A stretch of 64,000 nt of DNA from an uncultured Acidimicrobiales bacterium (GCA_943788915.1 CALSSD010000005.1:310001-374000); one strand, 5' to 3'. Shown: positions 1 through 10,590, counted from the first letter of the stretch. Notes: a model not told the origin generated them from the letters alone. A program made the numbers and translations.

Positions 1-293
1 ACCACGCACTCCTCGACGCGTACTTCGTGCAGAACCGCGACATCAGTAGTGGTCCCGAGCTGGCCGAAATCGCGCACGAATGCGATATCGACAAGGATGC
101 ATTCGTCGAACTTTTCACCGAGCAGCATGACTCGTTGCGCGACATGGTCGCTGCCGACCACAACGATGCCATCGGACGGGGCGTAACCGCAGTCCCCACG
201 GTCGTGTTAGCAGGTGCCTTCCCGGTACCCGGCGCACAAGACGTCGAAACCTACGAACGATTCGTATCGCGGGTCATCGAACGCAACCTGTAG
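1..293 (+). CDS. DsbA/FrnE-family thioredoxin-fold oxidoreductase, C-terminal part (5' end outside window)
   Basis: Open frame from window start; AYF..NRDIS and GVTAVPTVV..VPGAQ motifs typical of DsbA-like FrnE proteins. Confidence 0.8.
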   Translation, partial: HALLDAYFVQNRDISSGPELAEIAHECDIDKDAFVELFTEQHDSLRDMVAADHNDAIGRGVTAVPTVVLAGAFPVPGAQDVETYERFVSRVIERNL

Positions 294-361
294 GTTCATC
301 ATCTGTCACGGTCAGACCGCGACATGCGCGGTATGAGCGCCACAGATGCTTTGGGAGATAG

Positions 362-1612
362 TTAGGCGGGTGCGGGCACGGTGTTGATGCCGCAGAACGG
401 GCGCAAGACCTCGGGGACACTGAAACTGCCGTCGGCTTGCTGGTAGTGCTCCATCAGGAACACCAGCATGCGTGCGACCGGAATGGCTGTGCCATTCAGG
501 GTGTGCACGAACTCGGATCCTGTTTCGGTCTTGACCCGGGTGTCTAGGCGGCGAGCCGAGTAGTCGAGGTAGTTTGAGCAGCTCGTCACTTCGCGATAGG
601 CACCCTCGGACGGAAGCCACACTTCGCAGTCGTACTTCTTGGCCGCGGCATTACCCAGATCCCCCGCAGCGATATTGACGACTCGGTACGGCAACCCCAG
701 CTCGTCGAGGATCTCTCGTTCGATCTCAAGCAGAAGCTCGTGTTCATCCCAGCTCTTCTCTGGCGGTGACCAGATGAACATTTCCACCTTGTCGAACTGA
801 TGCACCCGGAAGATCCCGCGAGTGTCTTTGCCGTAGGTCCCCGCCTCGCGACGAAAACACGACGAGAATCCAGCGTAACGAAGCGGAAGTTTGTCGAGGT
901 CGAGGCGATCCTTGCGGTGCATACCCGCGAGTGGCACTTCGGCCGTACCGACCAAGTACAAGTCATCTTCGGGCATTCCGTAGACCTGGTTCTGGTCGGT
1001 CGGGAAGAAGCCCGCATCGATCATCATCTGCTCGCGGACCAGGACAGGCGGCACGACCGGGTTGAAACCTCGGGCCACGAGTTTGCCCAGCGCCCACTGG
1101 ACCAGCGCAAACTCGATCTGGACCGCTGCACCAGTGATGTAGGCGAATCGCGAGCCGCTTACCTCGGCGCCCAGCTCGTTGTTGACCCACCCAATGTGTC
1201 GGCCGAAGTCGGCGTGGTCCATCGGCGGGGCCGCTGGTGTGCCGCCAATCGTGGCGATAACCGTGCCTTCGTCTTCGCCGCCGTCAGGAACAGACTCATG
1301 GGCAGGTAACGGCAGCTGCAGGGCCGCTGCCTTGAGCTCCGCGTCGAGCGCCCCATACACGGCCTCGGCTTCGGTCAGCTCGGCCTTCACCACGCCAGCA
1401 GCCTCGATCTTGGCTGGGCGTTCCTCGGGAGATGACTTTCCAATTTCCTTGGAGACCGTGTTTGATCGATTCCGCAATTCTTCAACCGAGAGCTGCATCT
1501 CTCGGTGTCGGGCGCTCAGATCGAGCACCTGGTCGACAAGCGCCGGGTCGGCACCTTTGCGCTCCATGCCGGCGCGGTACGCCGGATCGCTGAGTTGCTT
1601 GAGGTCAATCAC
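362..1612 (-). CDS. serS: Serine--tRNA ligase
   Basis: MIDLK N-terminus (GTG 1612, TACGCT 6 nt upstream), GTAEVP, FRREAG, RVHQFDKVE, HTLNGT class II motifs. Confidence 0.97.
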   Translation of the reverse strand: MIDLKQLSDPAYRAGMERKGADPALVDQVLDLSARHREMQLSVEELRNRSNTVSKEIGKSSPEERPAKIEAAGVVKAELTEAEAVYGALDAELKAAALQLPLPAHESVPDGGEDEGTVIATIGGTPAAPPMDHADFGRHIGWVNNELGAEVSGSRFAYITGAAVQIEFALVQWALGKLVARGFNPVVPPVLVREQMMIDAGFFPTDQNQVYGMPEDDLYLVGTAEVPLAGMHRKDRLDLDKLPLRYAGFSSCFRREAGTYGKDTRGIFRVHQFDKVEMFIWSPPEKSWDEHELLLEIEREILDELGLPYRVVNIAAGDLGNAAAKKYDCEVWLPSEGAYREVTSCSNYLDYSARRLDTRVKTETGSEFVHTLNGTAIPVARMLVFLMEHYQQADGSFSVPEVLRPFCGINTVPAPA

Positions 1613-1667
1613 CCGGAAAGCGTACGCGGCGTTCGCTTCAGTCACTAACCAATATCGCTACCGACCT

Positions 1668-2552
1668 CTACGAGCGTGAAGCCACGACTGCGTTCGCGAT
1701 GGCCCGACCAACAGCTTCGAAGGCTGCCTCGGCAAGATTGTGAGGCTCCCCTGGCACCGTTCCTGCAGAAACAGCGAAACAAATATCGCCGTCGAAACTG
1801 GTGTGAGCAGGTCGCAAACACGCCCCGTAGGCATCGTGGGCCCGCACCAATAGCCGCCCGAGTTGAGCTCGAGTCAGAGCCGCATCGGTGGCGACGACGG
1901 CGAGTGTCGTGTTCTGGTTCGACTGCGGCGGCTTGGCCAACGGCCCGGCCACTGGAGGCCCGCCAGTAAGTGATTCACCTTCGAGCGAAAACACGTCGCC
2001 CAGTGCATTCACTGCGACGAGCGCAGCAACTGTTGCCTCGCCCACACGAACCGCGGCCGAGCCGATACCTCCAGGGATCTTCTCGCCTCGCCACTTTGCA
2101 CAGGTTGCTCCAGTACCTGCTCCGACGAGCCCCTGCACCACAGGCTCAGACGATGCAGCCTGCAGCGCCGCCACACCATCAGCGGGCGTCGGGCGCACGT
2201 TCGCATCGCCAACACCCAGGTCATAGAGCGCAGCGGTCGGCACGATGGGCACGACAGCAGTGGTTGTGGCGTACCCCCGCCCCTGGGCCTCGAGTGCTGT
2301 CATCACCCCATCGGCAGCGGCCAGGCCGAACGCGCTGCCACCAGTGAGTACGAGCGCATGAGCCTGCTCCACCGTCATACCTGGCGACAACAGGCCGAAC
2401 TCACGGGTTGCTGGTGCTGCGCCCCGAACCTCGCCAGCCACAATGCTGGGTTCGGGAAGCACGATGACCGTGCAGCCTGTTTGGGCACCGGCATCGGTGT
2501 AGTGGCCCACGGTGATGCCATCGATCGCCGTAAGCGTGTTGTTCTCGCTCAC
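1668..2552 (-). CDS. P1 family peptidase (DmpA/L-aminopeptidase-like)
   Basis: VGH..TGCTV, RGAAPATRE, LTGGSAFGL, GAGTGA, NTTL, HT.FDGD motifs. Confidence 0.9.
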   Translation of the reverse strand: MSENNTLTAIDGITVGHYTDAGAQTGCTVIVLPEPSIVAGEVRGAAPATREFGLLSPGMTVEQAHALVLTGGSAFGLAAADGVMTALEAQGRGYATTTAVVPIVPTAALYDLGVGDANVRPTPADGVAALQAASSEPVVQGLVGAGTGATCAKWRGEKIPGGIGSAAVRVGEATVAALVAVNALGDVFSLEGESLTGGPPVAGPLAKPPQSNQNTTLAVVATDAALTRAQLGRLLVRAHDAYGACLRPAHTSFDGDICFAVSAGTVPGEPHNLAEAAFEAVGRAIANAVVASRS

Positions 2553-2630
2553 CGCCCGAGTCTAGGAGGCGCCGCGAGGTGCCTACGCAGTGAGGCTCGC
2601 ACATAATCGACGTGGACCTGCCCCAAACAG

Positions 2631-3590
2631 TCAGGCCGTGGGGCCATGGCTGAGCGCCGCAGGAAATGACTCGACCCATGGCCCGTTTCCAGACGGGGTT
2701 GGCGGGGCGACCGCCACGCTGTGGCTCGATGTGTCACTTACGGTGTGCAGCGTCGATGTGAGCGCATCAAGGCCGACAATGTCGATCCGCATTCCCATTG
2801 TTCGCAGGTGAACGATGATCGGCAACAGATCCGGGTCCACTGCTAACTCGACATCGATTGCGACGATGACTCGATTGGCGTCGACGCCGCTCGCGCGGAC
2901 GGCGCCATGAAACACCGGTACGAGGCCAGCAAGCATGTCAGCCGAAGGCACCGTGATTCGAACGGCAGAACCACCAGGATGTTCGGCAGCGGTCTCTGCA
3001 ACGTCGATAATGAGCGCTTCCATCACGGCGTGGCCCAGACCCATAGCTGAAACGTGTGCGTGCTGCGGCCACAGTTCAAGTAACTCACCACCTGCAGGTG
3101 ACCACCATGGGGCTGCTTCAATAACAACCGCCCCATGATCGGTGCGCATGCGGTAACGGGTCACAACGTCGTCGAGCACGAGGTCTCCCCAGGAACGGCC
3201 ATCAGCAGAAGGATCAAACACGTCGGTGTGTCGAACCCAACAGACGAGAAACCGGCATGCGGAGCTTGCGTCATCCAGGATTGGATTGATCATGACTTCG
3301 TCGGCCGACGTTTCGGACGGCCGGAACGCGACCGACCGAGACTCCGAAATCGCACGACGACACGCCCCATCGAAACGACCAGCAACCTCAGGGGTAGAGA
3401 GTTGTTGAATTGGCCGTTCAAAGAAAAACGAAGGCATCCGCTCGAACGGGGCAAAACTGCCATCAGGGTTCACCCGAATGACCACCGAGTCAGTTCCCAA
3501 CATCCGGCGCAAGGGCACCAGGTCCGAAATTCGCAGCGGGTCGGTCGGTCCTTTGGCGGTTTCACTCACCCAACTCAATCGGCCAAACAT
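2631..3590 (-). CDS. Protein with possible PAS-like N-terminus and degenerate, truncated EAL-like domain
   Basis: GVDANRVIVAI..LRTMGMRIDIVGLD resembles EAL GL.P.RL.LEITE..LR..GV.IAIDDFG but lacks catalytic residues. Confidence 0.5.
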   Translation of the reverse strand: MFGRLSWVSETAKGPTDPLRISDLVPLRRMLGTDSVVIRVNPDGSFAPFERMPSFFFERPIQQLSTPEVAGRFDGACRRAISESRSVAFRPSETSADEVMINPILDDASSACRFLVCWVRHTDVFDPSADGRSWGDLVLDDVVTRYRMRTDHGAVVIEAAPWWSPAGGELLELWPQHAHVSAMGLGHAVMEALIIDVAETAAEHPGGSAVRITVPSADMLAGLVPVFHGAVRASGVDANRVIVAIDVELAVDPDLLPIIVHLRTMGMRIDIVGLDALTSTLHTVSDTSSHSVAVAPPTPSGNGPWVESFPAALSHGPTA

Positions 3591-3699
3591 CGCACTGCAT
3601 GAGTCGTTTGGTCTAGAAACCCAGTGTTAACGCTGGGTCCTTACTAGAGGTGCCTTACCCGAGGCGCAGTACCAGAGGCGCCTTACTGCTGGTGTAACG

Positions 3700-4626
3700 T
3701 CAGCTCTCGGTGACGGGTTCACCAGCGCGGTCAAAGGCAGACTGCACGGCCTCGAAGGTCAGGTTGTCGTGGTCGTTGTCGACAACGAATGCCGGTTCAG
3801 TAACGATGTCTGCTGCACCTGGTCGCAGCGTTCTGTCGTTGCGGTTGACCCACCGGAAGAACAGGAAGGTAATCAGCGCCCAGATATAGAAACCTCCGCC
3901 GAGTTTCATGATCAGGCCAGCCGCCTGCTGATCAGCGACTGTGCTGATACCCCACAGCCGAACATCGTGGTCGTACACCCGATACAGCGGGTTGTCGGCA
4001 ACGGTCAAGAATGCACCTGGAACCGTTGGCAGCACCGAGTTCAGGAATAGGAAGATCATCTGGCCCGGATAACTCGCACGCAGCTCGGGCAGCGGACTTA
4101 CCACCGGCATCCACATGAGCAACGCACCGGTGAATACCGAAAGATGCACGACGTAGTGGAAGACGCCGTTCTCGATCGAGAAGTTCACCACCGGTTTGAG
4201 ATGGGTAACTGCGATCAAGACGTTGAATAACACCGCTGCCGCCACGGGGCGTGTCAGTCGTCTAATCCAGACACCGCTCGTACCATCGGGGCTCACGATC
4301 AGACGTGCCAGCCATTCGGGAACTGCCAGCAGAAAGAGCGGCGGGATCACCAGGGTGATCAACATGTGCTGGATCATGTGCACGCCGTAGAGGTACTCCT
4401 CGCTGATGTCGTGCATCGGCCAGTCACTCGACGCCCACAGCAGCAAGACCGCGACGATGAAATAGATCGTCTGGCGGCGGGTGACGACCGGTTCGCCTTC
4501 GGCAACAGCCTTCGGGCCAAGAACATGCCTCACCCAGTAACCAAAGCCGATTACTACCGCGATAATGAGCCACACCTCAGGGTGTGGTTGATACCGCCAG
4601 ATATCTGCATCGGCGGCCAAGAACAC
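3700..4626 (-). CDS. ctaG: Cytochrome c oxidase assembly protein, caa3-type CtaG
   Basis: HMIQHM, W.P, DQQAAGLIMK motifs; GTG start 4626 just after the subunit IV stop; last gene of cta operon. Confidence 0.88.
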   Translation of the reverse strand: MFLAADADIWRYQPHPEVWLIIAVVIGFGYWVRHVLGPKAVAEGEPVVTRRQTIYFIVAVLLLWASSDWPMHDISEEYLYGVHMIQHMLITLVIPPLFLLAVPEWLARLIVSPDGTSGVWIRRLTRPVAAAVLFNVLIAVTHLKPVVNFSIENGVFHYVVHLSVFTGALLMWMPVVSPLPELRASYPGQMIFLFLNSVLPTVPGAFLTVADNPLYRVYDHDVRLWGISTVADQQAAGLIMKLGGGFYIWALITFLFFRWVNRNDRTLRPGAADIVTEPAFVVDNDHDNLTFEAVQSAFDRAGEPVTES

Positions 4627-4628
4627 GA

Positions 4629-4973
4629 CTAACCGAGCCCGAACACGTCGTACGCAAACAAGAAGATTGCGTACACACCCATGGCAAGCACGAGGCCAGC
4701 AATAAAGAGGTACCGGAACCACGGTGTGTCGTACTTGAGGTGCATGAAGTACGCCGCAACCATCGCGAATTTGATGATCATCAGCACCGACAAGGACAGG
4801 TAGAGGAACCAAGGGTCGACAGAGTCTTCGATGAAGTAGGTGCCGACTTCGAGCGCGGTGAACAGCGCCAATATGCCAGCGATCTTCACATAGAAGAGAT
4901 CGCTGGGGTGGTGGTCGTCGTCGTGCGCGTCTTCAGCGGCATCAACAGCGGTGTCAGTCATCGAGTTGGTCAC
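4629..4973 (-). CDS. ctaF: Cytochrome c oxidase subunit IV (COX4_pro type)
   Basis: LALFTALEV and KF.MVAAYFMHLKYD motif, three TM segments, operon position. Confidence 0.88.
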   Translation of the reverse strand: MTNSMTDTAVDAAEDAHDDDHHPSDLFYVKIAGILALFTALEVGTYFIEDSVDPWFLYLSLSVLMIIKFAMVAAYFMHLKYDTPWFRYLFIAGLVLAMGVYAIFLFAYDVFGLG

Positions 4974-4982
4974 GAGAAACCC

Positions 4983-5672
4983 CTATTGCGGGAAGAGATA
5001 GACGACAGTGAAGATCAAGATCCACACCACGTCGACGAAGTGCCAGTACAAACCCACGATTTCGACCGTCTCGGCCTTGTCCTGGTTTAAGCGACCTTGC
5101 TTGTGCATGATGTAGGTCGCAAGCAGCATGACGATACCGATGGTCACGTGCACGCCATGGAAACCGGTAAGCGTAAAGAACGCAGAACCGAAGATGTTGG
5201 TCGAGTAACCCAGGCCCTTTTCGACGAATTCGGTGAATTCGTAGATCTGGCCGGCGATGAAGACCGATCCAAGGGCTGCAGTCGTCAGCGTCCAGATGCG
5301 GAAGTTGCGGTACTCACCCCGGCGAATCGAGGACAGTGCCAGCACCATGGTGAGCGAGCTTGCCAGAAGCACGAACGACGAGATGGAGGTGAACGGGATG
5401 TCGAACACACCTTCGCCGTCTGAGCCGCCGAAACGAGGGCCGATGTTGCGCCCATCTTCTGCAAACGGTGCCAGACCTTCGGCAAAGCCGTTGAACCGCT
5501 CTTTGTACAGGAGGTAGGTCGAGATCAGCGCACCAAACAGCAAACATTCACTGCCGAGGAACGCCCACATCATCAACTTGTTGTTGGAGATGCCGGTGGT
5601 GGTGCCATGACCTGCGTCGTGCCCATGATCATCGGCTGCCTGGTCCGACTTGGTTGCGATTGCCTCAGACAT
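4983..5672 (-). CDS. ctaE: Cytochrome c oxidase subunit III
   Basis: WAFLGSECLLF, FFTLTGFHGVHV, GLYWHFVDVVW motifs; ATG 5672 overlaps ctaD end. Confidence 0.95.
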   Translation of the reverse strand: MSEAIATKSDQAADDHGHDAGHGTTTGISNNKLMMWAFLGSECLLFGALISTYLLYKERFNGFAEGLAPFAEDGRNIGPRFGGSDGEGVFDIPFTSISSFVLLASSLTMVLALSSIRRGEYRNFRIWTLTTAALGSVFIAGQIYEFTEFVEKGLGYSTNIFGSAFFTLTGFHGVHVTIGIVMLLATYIMHKQGRLNQDKAETVEIVGLYWHFVDVVWILIFTVVYLFPQ

Positions 5673-7665
5673 GAGAGGCTCCTTCGGCGTCAGCAGAAGC
5701 GTCTGCATCGTGGTCGTCGTCGTGGCCATGATCGTCGTGGCCGTGTGCAGCTTCAGGATCGTCGGCAGGCTCAAGTGCCCAACCGAGGAAACCAGCCAAG
5801 AACAGTGCGCCGGCAGGAATAAGCAACCAGAAAGTGAAGATCACTGCGTAGCCGATGACCGGCAACGAGAGTGAAAGCACCAGTGGCCAATAGGACGGCG
5901 AAGGCAGATGCACATCGGTGGCGCTGCCGTCTTGGGCAATGTCCTCGGGGTACGCCTTACGGACAATCTTGCCGTCTTCGTTCTTGCCCCACTTGCGGTG
6001 CCACCAGTCGTCCTGAAACTCAACAACAGGATCAACGTCGAAGTTGTGCACCGGTGTTGGTGATGCGGTTGACCATTCGAGCGAACGGGCATCCCATGGA
6101 TCAGGACCCACCTCGACTGGATTCTTCTTAGCACTGCGAGCCGAGATCCAGATGTTGATCAAGAAGGCGAGTGTGCCCAGTGCGATCACGAACGCACCAG
6201 CTGAAACGATGCCATTCCAGAAGCCGAAGCCGTCTTCAGAGGCATAACTGTGGTGGCGTCGGGCCATTCCCTGGAGCCCAAGCACGTGCATAGGACCGAA
6301 GGTCATGTTGAAACCAATAAGCATGAGCCAGAAGTTGATCTTGCCCCACTTCTCGTTCAGCTTGTGGCCAAAGACTTTGGGCCACCAGAAGTAGAAGCCG
6401 GCGAACATGCCGAGCAGTGCGCCACCGAAGATCACATAGTGGAAGTGAGCCACGATGTAGTAGGTGTCGGTCTGCTGGGTGTCCGAAGGTGCAACCGCGT
6501 GGGTCACACCAGATAGGCCACCAATGGTGAACATGGCAATCACGCCGGTGGCAAACAACATTGGTGTGTTGAACAGCAGTCGACCGCCCCACATGGTGGC
6601 GAGCCAGTTGAGAATCTTCACACCGGTTGGGACGGCGATGAACATGGTGGACATCGAGAATGCCGCAACCGAGATAGGACCGAGGCCAGACACGAACATG
6701 TGGTGGGCCCACACGCCCCAGCCCATGAAACCAATAGCGATACCGCTACCAACCATGAACGGGTAGCCGAAGATTGGTTTACGGCTGAAGGTGGGAATGA
6801 CCTCGGAGATGATGCCGAAGGCCGGCAGGATCAAGATGTACACCTCAGGGTGGCCAAAGATCCAGAACAAATGCTGCCACAGCAGTGGGCTACCGCCCTG
6901 TTCGACATTAAAGAAGTTGGCGTCGAAGCTGCGATCAAAGGTGAGCAGGAACAGTGCGATCGTGATGACCGGAACGGCGAACAGCAGCAGGAACTGCACG
7001 ACGAGCATCATCCAGGTGAAGATCGGCATCTTCAATAGGGTCATACCCGGCGCTCGCATATTGAGCACGGTCACGATCAAGTTGATGGCTGAAACCAGCG
7101 AGGCGATACCAGCGATCTGTAGGCCAATCGCATAGAAGTCCATGCCGTTGCCGGGGGCGAAGGTCACCGAGGTATTTGGTGCATACGCAAACCAACCACC
7201 ATCGGGAGCGCCACCAAGGAACCATGAAGTGTTCAGGAAGATGGCACCGGCGAGCCAGCACCAGAAGCTGAAGGCATTGAGCCGAGGGAACGCAACGTCG
7301 CGGGCACCGACTTGCAGCGGCAGCAGATAGTTCGCGAACGCCGCCGCCATGGGCATGATCACCAAGAAGATCATGGTCACGCCATGCATGGTGAATACCT
7401 GGTTGTACAGCGATTCGGACAGGAACTGGCCGTCTGGTGCTGCCAATTGGATGCGAATCAGCAGCGCTTCGACGCCACCGAATAGGAAGAAGAACAGCGA
7501 ACCAACGCCGTACATAATGCCGATCTTTTTGTGATCGACGGTCGTGAACCAGCTCGCCCAGCCAACATCGCTTTGGGGGCGGGTGAGTGCACCAAGTGGC
7601 CGCTCAGCGACCTTGGTGACGGTGCCTGCTTCGAGTGCGAGCGGGCGATCTTCGGTAATAGCCAT
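5665..7665 (-). CDS. ctaD: Cytochrome c oxidase subunit I, A1-type, with two extra C-terminal TM helices
   Basis: All six His ligands present: TMHG, WIFGHPEVY, WAHHM, AHFHY; D-channel D..FPRLN, K-channel PTGVK, GMARR. Confidence 0.98.
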   Translation of the reverse strand: MAITEDRPLALEAGTVTKVAERPLGALTRPQSDVGWASWFTTVDHKKIGIMYGVGSLFFFLFGGVEALLIRIQLAAPDGQFLSESLYNQVFTMHGVTMIFLVIMPMAAAFANYLLPLQVGARDVAFPRLNAFSFWCWLAGAIFLNTSWFLGGAPDGGWFAYAPNTSVTFAPGNGMDFYAIGLQIAGIASLVSAINLIVTVLNMRAPGMTLLKMPIFTWMMLVVQFLLLFAVPVITIALFLLTFDRSFDANFFNVEQGGSPLLWQHLFWIFGHPEVYILILPAFGIISEVIPTFSRKPIFGYPFMVGSGIAIGFMGWGVWAHHMFVSGLGPISVAAFSMSTMFIAVPTGVKILNWLATMWGGRLLFNTPMLFATGVIAMFTIGGLSGVTHAVAPSDTQQTDTYYIVAHFHYVIFGGALLGMFAGFYFWWPKVFGHKLNEKWGKINFWLMLIGFNMTFGPMHVLGLQGMARRHHSYASEDGFGFWNGIVSAGAFVIALGTLAFLINIWISARSAKKNPVEVGPDPWDARSLEWSTASPTPVHNFDVDPVVEFQDDWWHRKWGKNEDGKIVRKAYPEDIAQDGSATDVHLPSPSYWPLVLSLSLPVIGYAVIFTFWLLIPAGALFLAGFLGWALEPADDPEAAHGHDDHGHDDDHDADASADAEGASHV

Positions 7666-7668
7666 GGG

Positions 7669-9070
7669 TTACTCCTCCCCTTCTGCGTAGGTCATGTTCG
7701 TCAGGAATTCGACCAGGTTGTCGACTTCTTCGGCCGACAATGAGGTAAACGGTGTCATGCCTCGTTGCCCGGTTGGGCTGTCCCAGGCGTTGGCTTTTTG
7801 TTCAGGAGCGTTGATAATCCACGCCTCGAGTGCGCCTCGATTGAGTCGGCCCCGTTCGGCGAGTTCAGAGTACGAAATCGAACAGTTGCCATTGTCGACG
7901 CAGCCCGGATCGACGTTTGGCTCTCGAGACGGGTCATAGTTTTCGTATAGCTCGAAGATGCCACCAGCAAACGATGATCGGCTCTGCAGATGGGTCAAGT
8001 TAGGCGCAGCGCCCGCAAGCTGAATCGAATTGCCTTCGGCAGGGCTTGGGTCGATGTATTGTGCCGGCGGCCGTTGGCGGACTGCCTCGAGACCAGACGC
8101 ACCAGCGAGCAGGTTCGAGTACAACGAGAAGTCGTCGAGGGAACCATCTGCGGTGTGTGAGGTCAAGCCATTAATCACATGGCATGAAGCGCACTGGTTG
8201 TTGAAGACTTCCCAACCGGCGAACTCGGCGGTGCCTTCTTCGGGCACTACTGCGTCGAGCTGCTGATTTGCAGCCCAGGTCTTCCAATCGTCGAGTGGCA
8301 TGCCCACGGCAAACTTTTCCATGTAGGCGTGGGAGAGACCACAGAATTCGGTGCATTCGCCCGGGAAACGGCCAGGGTTGCCCGCTTCGATTGTCCATGG
8401 GCTGTAACGACCGGGTACGGCATCACGTTTGCCGTTGAGGGCCGGGACCCAGAACGAGTGGATGACGTCGCGGCTCGTAACTCGCAGCTGCACTTCTTCG
8501 CCAACGGGCAAGACAAGTTCGTTTGCGGTCACGATGTCGGGGATGCCGTCGTCGTCGAGGTGGTACTGGAATTCCCACCACCACTGCTGACCGACGACCA
8601 CAACTTCTTGGATCTGACGGTCATCGGTTGCCGACACATCGTCGAGTTCAAACAGCAGAACCAAGTGTGAAGAAGGCGATAACAGCCATAATCACGGTCG
8701 GCAGGATCGTCCAACCGATTTCGAGGCGAGTATTGCCGTGAATTTGCTCGGGAAATTCTTCGTCTGCGTACAGCAGCGACTCGTCGTCAGCCTTGACGCC
8801 GAAACGCCGCGCCATGTAGATCACTGCACCCTGCACCAGCACAAAGACCACGGCAGCCGCAACAAGCAGCCACACCAGGAAGGTATCGAGCTTCTCAGCA
8901 ATAGGACTCTCGGGGTCCATGGTCGAGAGGTGGCGATCGCCACAACCCGCTAAGACTAAAGCAAGACCAGCGACGACAAAGGCAACCCGGCGGTTCGTCC
9001 GCCGAGACCCGGTTCGAGGCTCAGACACTTCGGATGGTGGCGTTTCACCAAGTGGCGTATGCGATTTCAT
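7669..9070 (-). CDS. ctaC: Cytochrome c oxidase subunit II with fused cytochrome c (caa3 type), split by a +1 frameshift near 8665
   Basis: N-part: lipobox LAGC, HGNTRLEIGWT; C-part: GQQWWWEF, DVIHSFW, CuA CTEFCGLSHAYM, heme c CASCH; removing one base in TTC ACA C TTG GTT joins the frames. Confidence 0.9.
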
Positions 9071-9078
9071 CAACCTTC

Positions 9079-9918
9079 TCATTCGCCTTCAACAGTACTT
9101 TCCGCGTGGGACTCTTCGCCGTGCTCATCGCCATGATGTCCGACTCGGGGCTCTATGACAGCTGTCACTACACCCAGGGCAATAATGGCGACGGCAACGA
9201 CGCCAACGATGGCCGAAATGGTGCGCCGGCCGATTTGGGGCTTGAACACTGCAAGCAGGGCAACGGCAAGAATAACGACCGAAAGCACACCAGCGATGAG
9301 GACCGCTGCGTTGCCTGTGCCCCAAAGAAACATGCGGGAGATCGACAGTGCAAGAACCGCACCAAGAGCCAACCCAAGCACAGGAATCTCAAACGATGCG
9401 CCAACTCGGTCACGCAACGCCGCGTTCGTTGTTGCATCACCCGTAGAACGGTCCGCCCATGAACTGAGCGCCCATTCGATCGCGACGACCGACAACAGCA
9501 CCAGACCAATAATCCAGTACGCCTTAGTGTCCATGACCAAACCAACGAGGAGGACACCAACACCGATAGCGGTGATTGCTGGCCACCAACTCGGCGCAGT
9601 GGGGCGCTGAGCAAACGGCATAACCGAGGGTGTATCGCCAAGTTCGGCGACCGATTCGACGTCGGCGTCGCGGAAGGCGACGGCAGTTCCGCCTACGAGC
9701 GCAGCGCTCATAGACATGAAGATCAACACGATGAAGCCGCTCGCAGCACCGACATTGCCCTTCCAGCCGAGGCTGATGAGGCCAACAATGGCGTTGCGGT
9801 CAACAAAGCCGAAGTAGTCGGGGCCGGTTGCGTCACCTGATGACAGGCCATACACAAGCGCTGCGATAAGGCCGAATGCGGCAAGGCCGCCGAAGTATTT
9901 GAATCCCGGTGTGAACAC
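9079..9918 (-). CDS. Membrane protein resembling actinobacterial oxidase subunit 4 (CtaF-like) with extra C-terminal TM helices
   Basis: F..LAAF...ALVYG N-terminus and P..PSWWP..AIG...VG motif, also similar to the PSPSYWP tail of CtaD in this window; His-rich C-tail. Confidence 0.6.
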   Translation of the reverse strand: MFTPGFKYFGGLAAFGLIAALVYGLSSGDATGPDYFGFVDRNAIVGLISLGWKGNVGAASGFIVLIFMSMSAALVGGTAVAFRDADVESVAELGDTPSVMPFAQRPTAPSWWPAITAIGVGVLLVGLVMDTKAYWIIGLVLLSVVAIEWALSSWADRSTGDATTNAALRDRVGASFEIPVLGLALGAVLALSISRMFLWGTGNAAVLIAGVLSVVILAVALLAVFKPQIGRRTISAIVGVVAVAIIALGVVTAVIEPRVGHHGDEHGEESHAESTVEGE

Positions 9919-9924
9919 AGCTGC

Positions 9925-10590
9925 CTACTTGGTGATGAAGATCAGGATCCAGATGACAAAATACAGCGCAACCATGGCGTACCAATAGGTTGCAGCCGCA
10001 GCGACAACATCTACGTGGTCTTTGGTGTCGCTACTGGCCAGCGCTCGGAAGGCGGCAAAGGCCAGCAAACACATCGCCACAACAATCATGGCGACGTGTG
10101 ATGCGGTAATCGCATAGATCAGGGTTGCGGCCGAAGAGCCGCTGGTGTCATCAATGACCAAGCCGAGTTGCTTCCACTGGAAGACCACCTGGTTGATGAC
10201 GGCAGCGCCGAACATGGCCTGAGTGGCCAAAGCCAACACTCCATGTCGTCGATCGCTGCGTTTGAAGCTGTACACCGCCCACTGCATGGTGACCATCGAC
10301 ATGATCAGTGTCCAGGTCATAACCGTGGGAGCGGTGAGTTCCACTTGGGCAGAATCAGGAATCCAGGAGATCGGGGTGTCACCCTCGGCCGCTCGGCCGT
10401 CCTGGGCCAGGTTCCATGCATTACGGGACGAGACGTAGGTGGCGAACAGGCCACCGAAGTACATCACCCACATGGCGGTGAACGCTGCAGTGCCAATCTG
10501 CAAGGTGCGTTTGCGAGGCACGAACGGCGCCGGCGCATCGCTGACGACCGCGTGGGCCAGATCGGTTGATGAAAAGGTAGTGCCGCTCAT
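9925..10590 (-). CDS. Divergent cytochrome c oxidase subunit III paralog
   Basis: Five TMs aligning with CtaE: MYFGGLFATY, LIMSMVTMQWA, YAITASHVAM, YWYAMVALY (vs YWHFVDVVW); ATGA overlap with upstream gene. Confidence 0.8.
   Translation of the reverse strand: MSGTTFSSTDLAHAVVSDAPAPFVPRKRTLQIGTAAFTAMWVMYFGGLFATYVSSRNAWNLAQDGRAAEGDTPISWIPDSAQVELTAPTVMTWTLIMSMVTMQWAVYSFKRSDRRHGVLALATQAMFGAAVINQVVFQWKQLGLVIDDTSGSSAATLIYAITASHVAMIVVAMCLLAFAAFRALASSDTKDHVDVVAAAATYWYAMVALYFVIWILIFITK

Noticed and set aside
8648..8670. Selenocysteine readthrough or programmed recoding in ctaC
   Set aside because: The continuation is in another frame and no slippery site or SECIS is evident; best explained as a single-base insertion.
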